64,000 nt of DNA from a virus (Duplodnaviria; Heunggongvirae; Uroviricota; Caudoviricetes), in the IMG/VR virus record IMGVR_UViG_3300035210_000151; one strand, written 5' to 3'. Numbering within the stretch: position 1 is the stretch's first letter; each line of letters starts with the position of its first letter. Below the pieces are notes generated by a model that saw only the letters and a list, made by a program, of their open reading frames with translations, did not search any database and was not told the origin of the DNA. Made by a program: the position numbers and the translations under genes. Positions 37,735 to 47,685 of the stretch are shown one piece after another.

Positions 37735-39873
37735 TTAGAATCCAATGGTTAAATTAGTAATATCGACACCATCAGTTTCTTTTTTCTTTCTAGCCTTTCT
37801 AACTGCAGTTACTTTAGGTTTGACTTGTTCTTCTAGTTTCGTCACCTTCTCAATGAGATAATCAATCATCTTCTTGTCGCTAAAATGTCCATCACTTTTA
37901 CTATGAGCAGCTTTCACCGTTTTCGTACTTGTTAAAGTGATGCCCACCAGTGATTTAACACTTTTTGATGTTTGATTGAAATCATAAATGAAATATTGCT
38001 TTCCACCTCTTTCAACATATTGGTCAAAATAAGTCTTGTTTCGACTAATACACCAAGAACCACTTCCTAATTTTTTAGATTGCTCAAAGTTAGAAATTTC
38101 CAGAATAAGAATATTATCTGTATCTGAAATAACGTTTACTTTGTTAGATGAAGCTTTAATTTTAATGGATTCCATATCAAAGTCATTAAAACTATTGATT
38201 AAACTTTTAATATGTTCATTAAACATTTTTTCAGTTTCAACAGCCGCCAACTTTTTACCAATCATTTCTTGCACAATCTTTGAATCAATGCCTAAATCAT
38301 AGAGTTCTTTAAACAGCTTATAACTTTGAGTATTGTACAAATGTTTATACTTACTGCTCACAATGCTTTCAGCGTATTTTTTAATTTTATGTTCACGAAT
38401 TAATTTGTGCATTTTGTCATCAATTTTTTCGAATGAAGCTACTTTTTTGCAGGCTTCAATGAAATCAAATTTTAATGATTTTAAAATGTTTTCGTTTTTG
38501 AAATAAGTATCAATGGATACCATTATTTTGTTAAACTGCAATGGTTTATCATAATACGGCTCAGCACTCTCATTGATTTTATTAATAGCACTTTCAAACA
38601 CATTGCTAATAACCTTGGCAATCGTTGGGTTTTTTCTAAGCGTGTGCTTCAAGTAACCAACCATTGCTGCTTTTACAAGATGTTTGGTTTCATTAATATC
38701 AACAAAAACTTCAAATCTCTCTTGACCATCCACCAAAATAGCTAAACTTTTATCTTCAAAAATGATTACTTTTTTATAATGGATATTTTGATGAGAAATG
38801 TTCTCAGCAATCAACATGACATCTTTTGTTCTTTTTTCTAAGAAAGTTTCAATAGCGTGTTCGTCATATATTTTGTTAGGTGTCAAAAGCGTTACATCTT
38901 CACTGAAAAACTTTGCTTTTGTTACAGGCAGAACAATTTTATCTTTCATTTTCTTATAGGCTGAATGGATTGAGGTGATTAACACTTTATTATTGTTTCT
39001 AATTTCAACTTCATCATACTCATCTTTTTTAACAGAAACCATAGCCTTTTTGATGTTGTTTTTCAAAAAATCAATTTTTTCTTGAAGTCTGTCTACTTCA
39101 TTGATAATTTCGTTATCTACAACATATTTCTCTCTATTCATTGAATTGAATGAATTACGTGGATTAATAAAGCCTTCGAATCCGTGGTGTGGTTTGTTGT
39201 AATAAATCTCTCGCATAATACTGTGAGATTTCTTTATAAAACCTATCGAATGATTTCTAATATCACTAAATTCAGACATCAATTGCTGGTAAATTTTAAA
39301 GCTCTCTTTATCTTTTTCTAGAAATTCAAGCACGGGTGCCATTTCACTGGAAATGGTTACATTATGTGTTTTTGCAAACGACAACCATTCATCCACCAGT
39401 GGGGTGCAATTTAAAACATTTCGAATCATAAATAGTTCTCTGATCGCATGATAGGACATTTGAATAGAGCTTTCAAAATTCATCAGTTTGTATTCAAATG
39501 TTTTTATAATGTCTTCTTTTGAGAGATCTTTGTTTCTTTTCATCAAGGATGGCATGAATTGGCGAGATTCATTATCAAAATCCATGTAATGAGACATTTC
39601 AAGTTTTTTATTGGTCATACTGAGCATGGATAAATCCATATCTAGGAATTCTAACCCCAAACACATTTTAAAATCATTATCATTACGAATATCAGATAAA
39701 TTATATTTTTTAAATGCTTCATACTTATTAGTATCATCTAGGTCTTCCAAATAAACAAATGATCCATAGTCTCTATCGAATCTTGAATTGTAATGATGAT
39801 GATGATAGTGATAACCTTGTTGTTTTAAACAGAGTTCTTCAAGCACTTTGTAAAATTTAGGATTGATATGCAT
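37735..39873 (-). CDS. large hypothetical protein (712 aa) with C-terminal GSxSWCI domain
   Basis: Strong SD AAAGAGGTG. C-terminal roughly 300 aa are homologous to 56656..58566. His-rich N-terminus (HYHHHHY). Confidence 0.7.
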   Translation of the reverse strand: MHINPKFYKVLEELCLKQQGYHYHHHHYNSRFDRDYGSFVYLEDLDDTNKYEAFKKYNLSDIRNDNDFKMCLGLEFLDMDLSMLSMTNKKLEMSHYMDFDNESRQFMPSLMKRNKDLSKEDIIKTFEYKLMNFESSIQMSYHAIRELFMIRNVLNCTPLVDEWLSFAKTHNVTISSEMAPVLEFLEKDKESFKIYQQLMSEFSDIRNHSIGFIKKSHSIMREIYYNKPHHGFEGFINPRNSFNSMNREKYVVDNEIINEVDRLQEKIDFLKNNIKKAMVSVKKDEYDEVEIRNNNKVLITSIHSAYKKMKDKIVLPVTKAKFFSEDVTLLTPNKIYDEHAIETFLEKRTKDVMLIAENISHQNIHYKKVIIFEDKSLAILVDGQERFEVFVDINETKHLVKAAMVGYLKHTLRKNPTIAKVISNVFESAINKINESAEPYYDKPLQFNKIMVSIDTYFKNENILKSLKFDFIEACKKVASFEKIDDKMHKLIREHKIKKYAESIVSSKYKHLYNTQSYKLFKELYDLGIDSKIVQEMIGKKLAAVETEKMFNEHIKSLINSFNDFDMESIKIKASSNKVNVISDTDNILILEISNFEQSKKLGSGSWCISRNKTYFDQYVERGGKQYFIYDFNQTSKSVKSLVGITLTSTKTVKAAHSKSDGHFSDKKMIDYLIEKVTKLEEQVKPKVTAVRKARKKKETDGVDITNLTIGF

Positions 39874-39977
39874 ACAATAAACACCTCTTTAAAATTTGGG
39901 CTATTATAGCAAAATATGACGGCATCTGTCAATTTATTTACTTATTTTGAAGCCTTTAATTCGTTTATTTTGAGCTA

Positions 39978-40006
39978 TTGACAATAAAGATAAATATTGC
40001 TATATT
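39978..40006 (+). promoter_or_regulatory. sigma-A-like promoter
   Basis: TTGACA, 17 bp spacer, TATATT. Confidence 0.5.
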
Positions 40007-40048
40007 TAAAGCTCAAACACATAAGCTTAATTAAATGAGGATTTAGAT

Positions 40049-40204
40049 ATGGCTAAAATTGTAGTGAACACCAAGACTGAACGCAAAGAACGTGAAATTG
40101 AGCTGGCATGGAAACAGCATGAAGCCAAATTTGCACCACGGGTATCGAAAGAACAAGCATGGGAACGTTTCGAACAGCTACGAGAAAAAGCACTCGGTTA
40201 TTGA
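40049..40204 (+). CDS. small basic protein (51 aa)
   Basis: Not in the track (<60 aa). SD TGAGGA. Followed by the ggcagcc...ggttgcc hairpin plus T-tract at about 40218-40250. Confidence 0.45.
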   Translation: MAKIVVNTKTERKEREIELAWKQHEAKFAPRVSKEQAWERFEQLREKALGY

Positions 40205-40315
40205 TTTTAACCACTTAAACACCATAGGCAGCCAAAATCGGTTGCCTTTTTTATTTCTTGCTCAAAATGACCCAATATGTTATGATGGGACATCATTTTT
40301 TGGAGCTATACTACC

Positions 40316-40930
40316 ATGAGAGATTTAAATTCATTTGATTTTACCAACGTGAAGACCTTTATTCAGTCCGCATTTCAAAAGAGTGTTGACCTTGGAGCTT
40401 TTCAAGATGTTGGCTTTTCAGTGGAAAGCTTTATGAATCGTGTTATGGAGAATGGTTTCGAACCCACATTCACTTACATGAAATCTCAATCCAATAATTT
40501 TGAGCGAATTACATACAGCACAGCGTATCGCCGTAAGTCCAGTAGTGGTAAGGTCGCTAAAACTTCGATTATCTACTATCGCTTCGATACCGAATTTGAA
40601 GCCCGAGAAGAGGGTGTAAAGCACGTCTATTCTGGTAACTTTCTTCGCCTTTGCTGGCCGGTTCACCTGATGAATAAAAAAGACCTCTGGTTTAATTTGG
40701 ATACGGGTGATATTTGGCTCACTTACCGCCATCCTAGTGAGGTTAACGAAAGTCATAAAAAAGTTACTATGGAAGAACTTCTTAATTTGTTTTATGTCGA
40801 AACAATGGGTTCTCTTCATTATATTGTTAACAAAAAAACTAATGTTGGTATGACTAAAAAGTTCTTTTTTGAATTGCCTGATGAAACTATTCGTTCTCAT
40901 GTGTCTCTTTGTGACATGATTGAGGTCTGA
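40316..40930 (+). CDS. hypothetical protein; tail ...IRSHVSLCDMIEV
   Basis: 204 aa. Confidence 0.6.
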   Translation: MRDLNSFDFTNVKTFIQSAFQKSVDLGAFQDVGFSVESFMNRVMENGFEPTFTYMKSQSNNFERITYSTAYRRKSSSGKVAKTSIIYYRFDTEFEAREEGVKHVYSGNFLRLCWPVHLMNKKDLWFNLDTGDIWLTYRHPSEVNESHKKVTMEELLNLFYVETMGSLHYIVNKKTNVGMTKKFFFELPDETIRSHVSLCDMIEV

Positions 40931-41699
40931 GATGAACAATACACATGCTGAATTGGTTCGATTGACTGCTTTGTTTATTGAAAAGTATGGCTCTATCATT
41001 TCCAAAAACAGGCCAGATAGTGAAATGAAATATGGCTACAATACGAGTGGTTCGTCTAATGTCTCTTTTCATCTTAATGATGACACTTGCTATATTTTTG
41101 AAATTATCCCTCATACTCGTACTATAAAAATTCAATTAGCTACATTAAAAACACCAGAGCAGCCTATTTATCGTGATTTTTTGAAGGCTGCACCTTTTAT
41201 TAATATCGACTATAAAAGAGTTTTTGAGATATTTGATTTTATTAAAACCGATGATGCACAATTAGACTCCATTAAATCATTTAAACGATTTAATGCTATT
41301 TCTGATTCTTGTCATGATTTCTTTAATACTAATAAATTGACTTACGAAATCGGATATAAAGATTTTTATAAAAAAATAAATAGACGAGTTAAAATAAATA
41401 CCGTTATTGGTAAACATTTAGGTTTTGATGCCGATATGAACATCATTGTTCACTATAATATTGACTTCATGTTTTCTGATCGTGATGTTATTGCTATCAA
41501 ATTTAATAATGTTGATGACCATTATTCAGTTGATGAAAATTATATGAATAAAGAACAGCTTTTAGATTACATTTCAGTTAAAAGAAGACGTGCCATTCGT
41601 AAAAATATCAACAGAAGTTTTAAAAATATTGATTTTGATATTGACTTTGATAACAAATATCAAGAACAAATACAATTATTAGAAATGCTGGCTATTTAA
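40920..41699 (+). CDS. hypothetical protein; tail ...QLLEMLAI
   Basis: 259 aa; overlaps the upstream gene by 11 nt. Confidence 0.6.
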   Translation: MRSEMNNTHAELVRLTALFIEKYGSIISKNRPDSEMKYGYNTSGSSNVSFHLNDDTCYIFEIIPHTRTIKIQLATLKTPEQPIYRDFLKAAPFINIDYKRVFEIFDFIKTDDAQLDSIKSFKRFNAISDSCHDFFNTNKLTYEIGYKDFYKKINRRVKINTVIGKHLGFDADMNIIVHYNIDFMFSDRDVIAIKFNNVDDHYSVDENYMNKEQLLDYISVKRRRAIRKNINRSFKNIDFDIDFDNKYQEQIQLLEMLAI

Positions 41700-41708
41700 G
41701 GATATTAC

Positions 41709-42452
41709 ATGTTAGAAGTAATTATTAATAAATTTTTAGAACGTTACCACACTGATTTTAGTTTGGGTGGCTATTCTGTACATAAGGTTACCCATTCTCC
41801 CAGTATTTCTGTGCTAAAAATGATTTCTGACGATTATGTTTTGACATTTACATTATTTAATGAACAGCCTTTACGTTTGTTGGTTGATATTCATTACTGT
41901 GATCAATTTAAACTTAATGAAAAAAACAAATCCGTTATTTTAAACAGAGAACTATCTTTTTTTCCATTCAACTCGCATAAACATGAAATTCTAGACGCTG
42001 TTCAAAAAGAGATTTGTGAGCGTCTTGGGGTCTGTGAATTGGTAGACGCTACTGATGATCTTACTAAATCGGCTTCTGATAATTTATATAATGCTCGATT
42101 TAATAATAAGCTCTTTGAAGTTGTACCTAGTATGAAAAAAACAGTAGGTGGTCTTAAAATCTTTCGATTAAATAATTATGTGATTAATATTACAACCGAT
42201 GGTGAAGTATTTTATAACACTAAAACTTACTATTCTTTTGATAATGATTATTTTCTTTTTAATAATAATGATGATGTCTATTCCTATTGTGGTGTTGATT
42301 ATGTGGAACATGAACTTGAATCGTTATTTTTAAAAATTATTGTGAATAGAATTAATAATGAAATATTTAAAGAGACAGAAATTTCTTTAATGCATGAATC
42401 AGAAGAATTCATTAAAAAAGCTATTAATGTTTACAAAATGCTGAAAATTTGA
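41709..42452 (+). CDS. hypothetical protein; tail ...NVYKMLKI
   Basis: 247 aa. Confidence 0.6.
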   Translation: MLEVIINKFLERYHTDFSLGGYSVHKVTHSPSISVLKMISDDYVLTFTLFNEQPLRLLVDIHYCDQFKLNEKNKSVILNRELSFFPFNSHKHEILDAVQKEICERLGVCELVDATDDLTKSASDNLYNARFNNKLFEVVPSMKKTVGGLKIFRLNNYVINITTDGEVFYNTKTYYSFDNDYFLFNNNDDVYSYCGVDYVEHELESLFLKIIVNRINNEIFKETEISLMHESEEFIKKAINVYKMLKI

Positions 42453-42505
42453 TTTATTTTTATATGTTTTTATGATATAATGGGTCATCTTTCATTGGAG
42501 AACCT

Positions 42506-43315
42506 ATGGACAATCTATTTATAGAACAATTTGCTTCAAATTATTCCGCCAAGCTGTTTGCGGAAGGTTTTGTCTATAAGGATAAATCTGCCAGTGAACC
42601 GAAATTTTTTGATCGTAAATTTTTCTCCGTATTGACCATCCCTAATAAAAATGGTGATATTCTTTATATAGAAGAAACAGCCAAAGAAAATAATAGTAAC
42701 TATAAGTCTTATGACCTTTATTTTTCGTTTAATACAAAAGATGATGATGAAAAGACAGTTCGTATGCTTCGTTACCTTGATAAAATCTTTAATGTTAATT
42801 TTAATTACATGAAAGCTATTCATGACAGCTATGTTCAGGCGGGTTTAGATGTAGGTTTGTTTATTAAAAAGGGTGATGTAGAATTTAAACCAAATTCTAT
42901 GCTTTCCCATATGGACATATCTTTCGTTAATAAGAAGTTTAATCTAGCCATTCAGAATGTTATCTATAATCCAGTTGTCGATAAGATTATCAGAACTAAG
43001 AAAATTGATTTGAAAGGTGGTGTTCCTCAATCTTTTGATGATGGCGAGTTTACAGCTACATTCCAGACAAAGTTATTATTTCTTGACCAAAGTCCTTTCT
43101 TTTTTTATAACAATGGGGAAACGCCTATTTTAGTCCATTCCCCAAATAGCACCATGACTGATGTGTTAACAGTAGGTATGCTTTACACTTATTTTTATGA
43201 CAGCTTTAAAGATCGTATCGGAAAAAAATTCTTGGACATTGACATTGATCTTAAAACTATCAGTAAAGAATTGTTTGATAGTTATATTGATGTTCTTGAT
43301 ATGGCAAAAATTTAA
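42506..43315 (+). CDS. hypothetical protein; tail ...YIDVLDMAKI
   Basis: 269 aa. Extended -10 TGATATAAT upstream. Confidence 0.6.
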   Translation: MDNLFIEQFASNYSAKLFAEGFVYKDKSASEPKFFDRKFFSVLTIPNKNGDILYIEETAKENNSNYKSYDLYFSFNTKDDDEKTVRMLRYLDKIFNVNFNYMKAIHDSYVQAGLDVGLFIKKGDVEFKPNSMLSHMDISFVNKKFNLAIQNVIYNPVVDKIIRTKKIDLKGGVPQSFDDGEFTATFQTKLLFLDQSPFFFYNNGETPILVHSPNSTMTDVLTVGMLYTYFYDSFKDRIGKKFLDIDIDLKTISKELFDSYIDVLDMAKI

Positions 43316-43337
43316 ATTAAATGATGGAGTTACAGAT

Positions 43338-44075
43338 ATGTTGAAAAAGTTAATCATTCCAGTATTTACTAAATTCTTTAAAGAACATTTCAGTGTAGAT
43401 GTTGTTGTCGAAGAAGTTCCTGCTGTGAATCCAGTTTTTACAGTGAGTATTTATAATGGAAACAAAAAACAACACCTGCTTATTATTTATATCAATGATA
43501 GACAAGGCATCTTGCCTATCTTAAATGTTTACCATTATGATGGTGAAGGTGAAATTTACTTACGTGAAATGGTTAAAAAAGCTAAACGAGTTGATTCTCA
43601 CTATACTCGTATTATTAAAATGTTTGAAAACATACATGAACAATTATCATTATTCAAAACTACCAAATTAGAATCAGAAGACAATATTTTTAACCTTTTT
43701 ACATCTGATCGGGTGAACCGAGTTAATGATTTTAATAAATTATCAGGGACTGATATTGCAAAGTTCACGTCTGTATTAGGCTTAACAACTATTCGACATG
43801 ATTGCGTATTTACTATTTACAATAAAGAGTTATATCTTGATCTTAGATTGAATTGCTCAGTTAACTTTTCTGATAAACTCATCAGCTCACACCCACAATT
43901 ATTGGAGAATAATCCATCTTATTATAATGATTTAGAGAAAGGGCTGTATAATTTATCAAGATCATCTATTATTAATAGGATTCGGCAGAATTTAAAAATT
44001 ACGCTTAATCCACAAGAAGTTTTAGATGAAGATATTGTTCGATATGTTCAACTATTAGAGATGAATAAAATATGA
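43338..44075 (+). CDS. hypothetical protein; tail ...RYVQLLEMNKI
   Basis: Track ORF 43197..44075 overlaps the previous gene. ATG at 43338 has SD TGGAG. Confidence 0.6.
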   Translation: MLKKLIIPVFTKFFKEHFSVDVVVEEVPAVNPVFTVSIYNGNKKQHLLIIYINDRQGILPILNVYHYDGEGEIYLREMVKKAKRVDSHYTRIIKMFENIHEQLSLFKTTKLESEDNIFNLFTSDRVNRVNDFNKLSGTDIAKFTSVLGLTTIRHDCVFTIYNKELYLDLRLNCSVNFSDKLISSHPQLLENNPSYYNDLEKGLYNLSRSSIINRIRQNLKITLNPQEVLDEDIVRYVQLLEMNKI

Positions 44076-44824
44076 ATATGAATGATTTGTGTGATTCAAT
44101 TATATTTAAAATAAAGCCATTTTTTAAGGAAAACGTTCTCGAACCAGTCTTTTTTCAGAAACGGACTAAGGGCGATGTCGGCAGTCATAATGTTTTTCCT
44201 GATGTTCGTGTACTTACCGCGTCAGGAGACATTATTTTTAGTTTTATTATTTCAGCAGTAAGTCAGGCTAAAAGTCATTCAATTAATATAGTGATTGGTG
44301 ACCAAAAGTATTTAGATATCTACAATTTATTTGTAAAAGAATGTTGTGTTGATGGCTTTAATTTCTTTTCATTGTTTGTTGATTCTATGATTAAAAAAAG
44401 TGCTCATTTAAAATTTATCAAAGCTGTCAATATATTACAAGATTCCAAGACAATTGAGTATTCATCAAGTTTGCATGGTATTATTGATCGACAAACCTAT
44501 GCAATACTTGAAACTGCTTTTGAAACTATTGAAATACAACAAAGACCTCTATTCATTTTTGAAAACAACAAATTCTATCTTAATCCAGAATTTATATTTA
44601 CGTTGGGAGGTGGTAAATTAAAATTTATCAAGAAAACAGAAAATAATGATAAATACATTAAGGATTATGTTTCTAAATGTGCTGATTTATTTTATACACA
44701 ATATTTGAACTATATACAATCAGCATTAAGTGAACTCTATGATGTTCCAGTGAATGAGATTTCTAATTGGTCGCCAGAATTATTGATGTCTTATTATCCT
44801 GTATTAGCGATGGAGGTTTGTTAA
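44072..44824 (+). CDS. hypothetical protein, family H (1 of 3 tandem); tail ...SYYPVLAMEVC
   Basis: 250 aa. Blocks PLFIFENNKFYLNPEF and ELYDVPxxExxxWSxExxMSYYPVL shared with the next two genes. Confidence 0.65.
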   Translation: MNMNDLCDSIIFKIKPFFKENVLEPVFFQKRTKGDVGSHNVFPDVRVLTASGDIIFSFIISAVSQAKSHSINIVIGDQKYLDIYNLFVKECCVDGFNFFSLFVDSMIKKSAHLKFIKAVNILQDSKTIEYSSSLHGIIDRQTYAILETAFETIEIQQRPLFIFENNKFYLNPEFIFTLGGGKLKFIKKTENNDKYIKDYVSKCADLFYTQYLNYIQSALSELYDVPVNEISNWSPELLMSYYPVLAMEVC

Positions 44825-45583
44825 ATGACAACAGAACAACTGATTGAAAGCATGAAGTCAGTTTTAAGCTTGTTTGCGGCTCAGCATCTTAATTATCCTG
44901 TTATGTTTAAGGCGTCATTAAATAATACTAAGCCTAATGGCATTTCTTTGGATATTTTACATATGCAATCCTCTACAGGACAACTTTTATTATCTTTTAT
45001 TATTATGAAAGACAGAAGGATCTATGATCAAAAATTTAAATCTATCGAAGTAAAAATCCACGATGAAAAACATTTAAACATATTGAATAAATTCATAGCT
45101 GTGTGTAGCCAATACAGTTCTAATTCATTTAATCTATTTATGAATGAAACACTTAAACAGACCGATCATCTCAAATTAATAACCTCTATTGATGTATTGC
45201 CACTTGAGGAAAGAAAGTTGATTATAGATGGTGCATATATTAGAGTGGATTTTGCTGTCCATGCAGTTATGAAAACACCTTTTGAAGTCATCAACATTTA
45301 TAAGATACCCAAATTCATTTTTGAGGATAATAAATTTTACTTACATGATAAGTTTAGTTTTAATTCACTAGGTCAACACTATACGTTTGCTCAAAAAACT
45401 GAAGACGTAGATGTCATGAAGGTTGAAGTTAAAGAATTCGCTCAGAAATTTTATGAAGAACACTATGAAATCATCACTTCAAAGATTAATGAACTGTATG
45501 ATGTTCCGTTTACTGAATTTGGCCTTTGGACTGATAAACAGTTCCGTGCTTATTACCCAGTATTGTCAATGGAACGTTATTAA
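44825..45583 (+). CDS. hypothetical protein, family H paralog; tail ...AYYPVLSMERY
   Basis: 252 aa. Confidence 0.65.
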   Translation: MTTEQLIESMKSVLSLFAAQHLNYPVMFKASLNNTKPNGISLDILHMQSSTGQLLLSFIIMKDRRIYDQKFKSIEVKIHDEKHLNILNKFIAVCSQYSSNSFNLFMNETLKQTDHLKLITSIDVLPLEERKLIIDGAYIRVDFAVHAVMKTPFEVINIYKIPKFIFEDNKFYLHDKFSFNSLGQHYTFAQKTEDVDVMKVEVKEFAQKFYEEHYEIITSKINELYDVPFTEFGLWTDKQFRAYYPVLSMERY

Positions 45584-45601
45584 TGATAGGAAACATAAAA
45601 A

Positions 45602-46366
45602 ATGAACGATAATGAATTATGTCAAGCAATGATCGCAGAGTTAAGACCTTTCTTTGAGAAAAACATGAAAGGTTCTGTTATTTTTCATACCCGCACTGGG
45701 TTGGGGCAATATACTGGTGGTCGGACAATTTGTTGCTTGGATGTCAATACAAGTAAAGCTAAGTCTATTTTTCGTTTTACCATTAATAACAATGTGGAAA
45801 AAGGTAATTATTTGGTAAATAATATTACCTTAGATATTGATAATAAAAAATATTTGCCACTTTATAATAAGTTTATTAAACACTGCAGTGAACAAAGCAC
45901 CGATTCTTTTTCATTATTTATGAAGGCTGCTAGTGATTACAGTGAACAACTAAAAATTATCTCGAAAATAAATGTTTTACCTTTTACAAAGCGAACATTA
46001 AAATTTGGTTCATGGAAGACACTCATGATGGATACAACTCTTCATGCGGAAGTTACAACACCTTTTGAGACTTTCAAAGTTTATAAAAGAGCTAAATTTA
46101 TATTTGAAAATAATCAATTTTATCTTAATGATGAATTTCACTTCATATCATTTGGTATGGATTTTGTATTTCAGAAAAACAGTGAACAGGATGGTTTAGT
46201 TAAAATGCAGTTGCATAGTTTTGCTACTCAATTTTATGATCTTCATCAAGTTCAGATTTTAGGTTCAATCATTCGTTTATATAATTTACCTCACACCGAA
46301 GTTAATGATTTTAGTAACGAAGAAATTATGAGTTACTATCCAGTTTTGTCTATCGAACACTATTGA
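45602..46366 (+). CDS. hypothetical protein, family H paralog; tail ...SYYPVLSIEHY
   Basis: 254 aa. Confidence 0.65.
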   Translation: MNDNELCQAMIAELRPFFEKNMKGSVIFHTRTGLGQYTGGRTICCLDVNTSKAKSIFRFTINNNVEKGNYLVNNITLDIDNKKYLPLYNKFIKHCSEQSTDSFSLFMKAASDYSEQLKIISKINVLPFTKRTLKFGSWKTLMMDTTLHAEVTTPFETFKVYKRAKFIFENNQFYLNDEFHFISFGMDFVFQKNSEQDGLVKMQLHSFATQFYDLHQVQILGSIIRLYNLPHTEVNDFSNEEIMSYYPVLSIEHY

Positions 46367-46413
46367 ATAAACAGTATTACTGTGTTAGAATATCGAATAT
46401 TTGAGAGGTTCCT

Positions 46414-47685
46414 ATGAAACGTAATTATAATATTCATCCATTGTTCAAAGATGACATTCAACACGCTAAAACATTATTGGCTAAAAAAGGCTATACACTT
46501 GATGTAGATCTTTTTACGACGCTTAATGAAAAAAGACTTTCATTGCTTCAAGAAGCAGAAAGCTATAAAAAAGAAATCAATACGCTCTCAAAGTCTACCC
46601 CACGAGACACAGACTTCATTCAAAATATTGCTCGCTCAAAAGAGATGAAAGCTAAACTTTTGTTGGTTGAACAAGAGTACGTTGTGGCTGAAGAACAATT
46701 CGTTGATTACTTCTGTGCTATCCCTAACTTTCCACATGTCAGTGTTCCAGAAGGTTTTGATGAACAGGGTAACGTAGAAGTTAAACGTCATCTTGAACCC
46801 ACTAAGTTTTCACATGATATTAAAGACCATGTGGCATTAGGTGACCGCAAACAGCAACTGGATATTAAAGCAGGTGTTGCTCTTTCAGGTAGCCGTTTTA
46901 TCGTGCTGCGTAATGACATTGCTAAATTGCACCGTGCCTTGATTCAATTTATGTTGGACACTCATACCGATGACGGATATCAAGAACACTATGTTCCTTA
47001 TATTGTGAATGATGACGCTTTGTATGGAACTGGTCAGTTGCCTAAGTTTCAAGAAGACCTCTATCAGTTGAAAAACAAAGAGAATGCTTACTTGATCCCA
47101 ACCGCAGAAGTCCCATTGACAAACTTGTTTGCGGGTCAATTCTTGCCAGAAGCTGACTTGCCTATTAATATCACTGCTCATACACCTTGCTTCCGTTCAG
47201 AAGCTGGCTCATACAGCAAGGATATTGTCGGTCTTATCCGTCAACATCAATTTGAGAAGGTCGAGCTTGTAAAGATTGTTAAAGCTGATGAATCTTATGT
47301 TGAACTTGAAAAAATGCTTAATCAATCAGAGAAGATTTTGCAGTTGCTTAACTTGCCTTATCGTGTCGTCGCTTTGTGTGGTGGTGATATGGGGTTCTCA
47401 GCCGCTAAAACTTATGACATTGAAGTCTGGGTTCCTAGCCAGAACACATATCGAGAGATTTCTTCTGTTTCAAACTGTGAAGACTTCCAAGCTCGTAGAA
47501 TGCTGGCTAAATACAAAACATCAACTGGTAATCATTACGTTCATACATTGAATGGTTCTGCGTTGGCGGTAGGTCGTTGCTTATTGGCTATCTTGGAAAA
47601 CTTCCAAAATGAAGATGGCTCTGTTAATGTTCCAGAAGTGCTTCAACCTTACATGAGAAATCAAACAAAAATTTTGGAGCTTTAA
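46414..47685 (+). CDS. serS: seryl-tRNA synthetase
   Basis: 423 aa, full length. Class II core with TGQLPKF, TPCFRSEAGS, GLIRQHQFEKVELV, REISSVSNCEDFQARR, TLNGSALAVGR blocks. SD GAGAGG. Confidence 0.9.
   Translation: MKRNYNIHPLFKDDIQHAKTLLAKKGYTLDVDLFTTLNEKRLSLLQEAESYKKEINTLSKSTPRDTDFIQNIARSKEMKAKLLLVEQEYVVAEEQFVDYFCAIPNFPHVSVPEGFDEQGNVEVKRHLEPTKFSHDIKDHVALGDRKQQLDIKAGVALSGSRFIVLRNDIAKLHRALIQFMLDTHTDDGYQEHYVPYIVNDDALYGTGQLPKFQEDLYQLKNKENAYLIPTAEVPLTNLFAGQFLPEADLPINITAHTPCFRSEAGSYSKDIVGLIRQHQFEKVELVKIVKADESYVELEKMLNQSEKILQLLNLPYRVVALCGGDMGFSAAKTYDIEVWVPSQNTYREISSVSNCEDFQARRMLAKYKTSTGNHYVHTLNGSALAVGRCLLAILENFQNEDGSVNVPEVLQPYMRNQTKILEL

Noticed and set aside
40092-40319. 75 aa ORF upstream of 40316..40930.
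   Set aside because: It runs through a terminator hairpin and a promoter-like region in a different frame from the SD-supported 51 aa ORF at 40049..40204.
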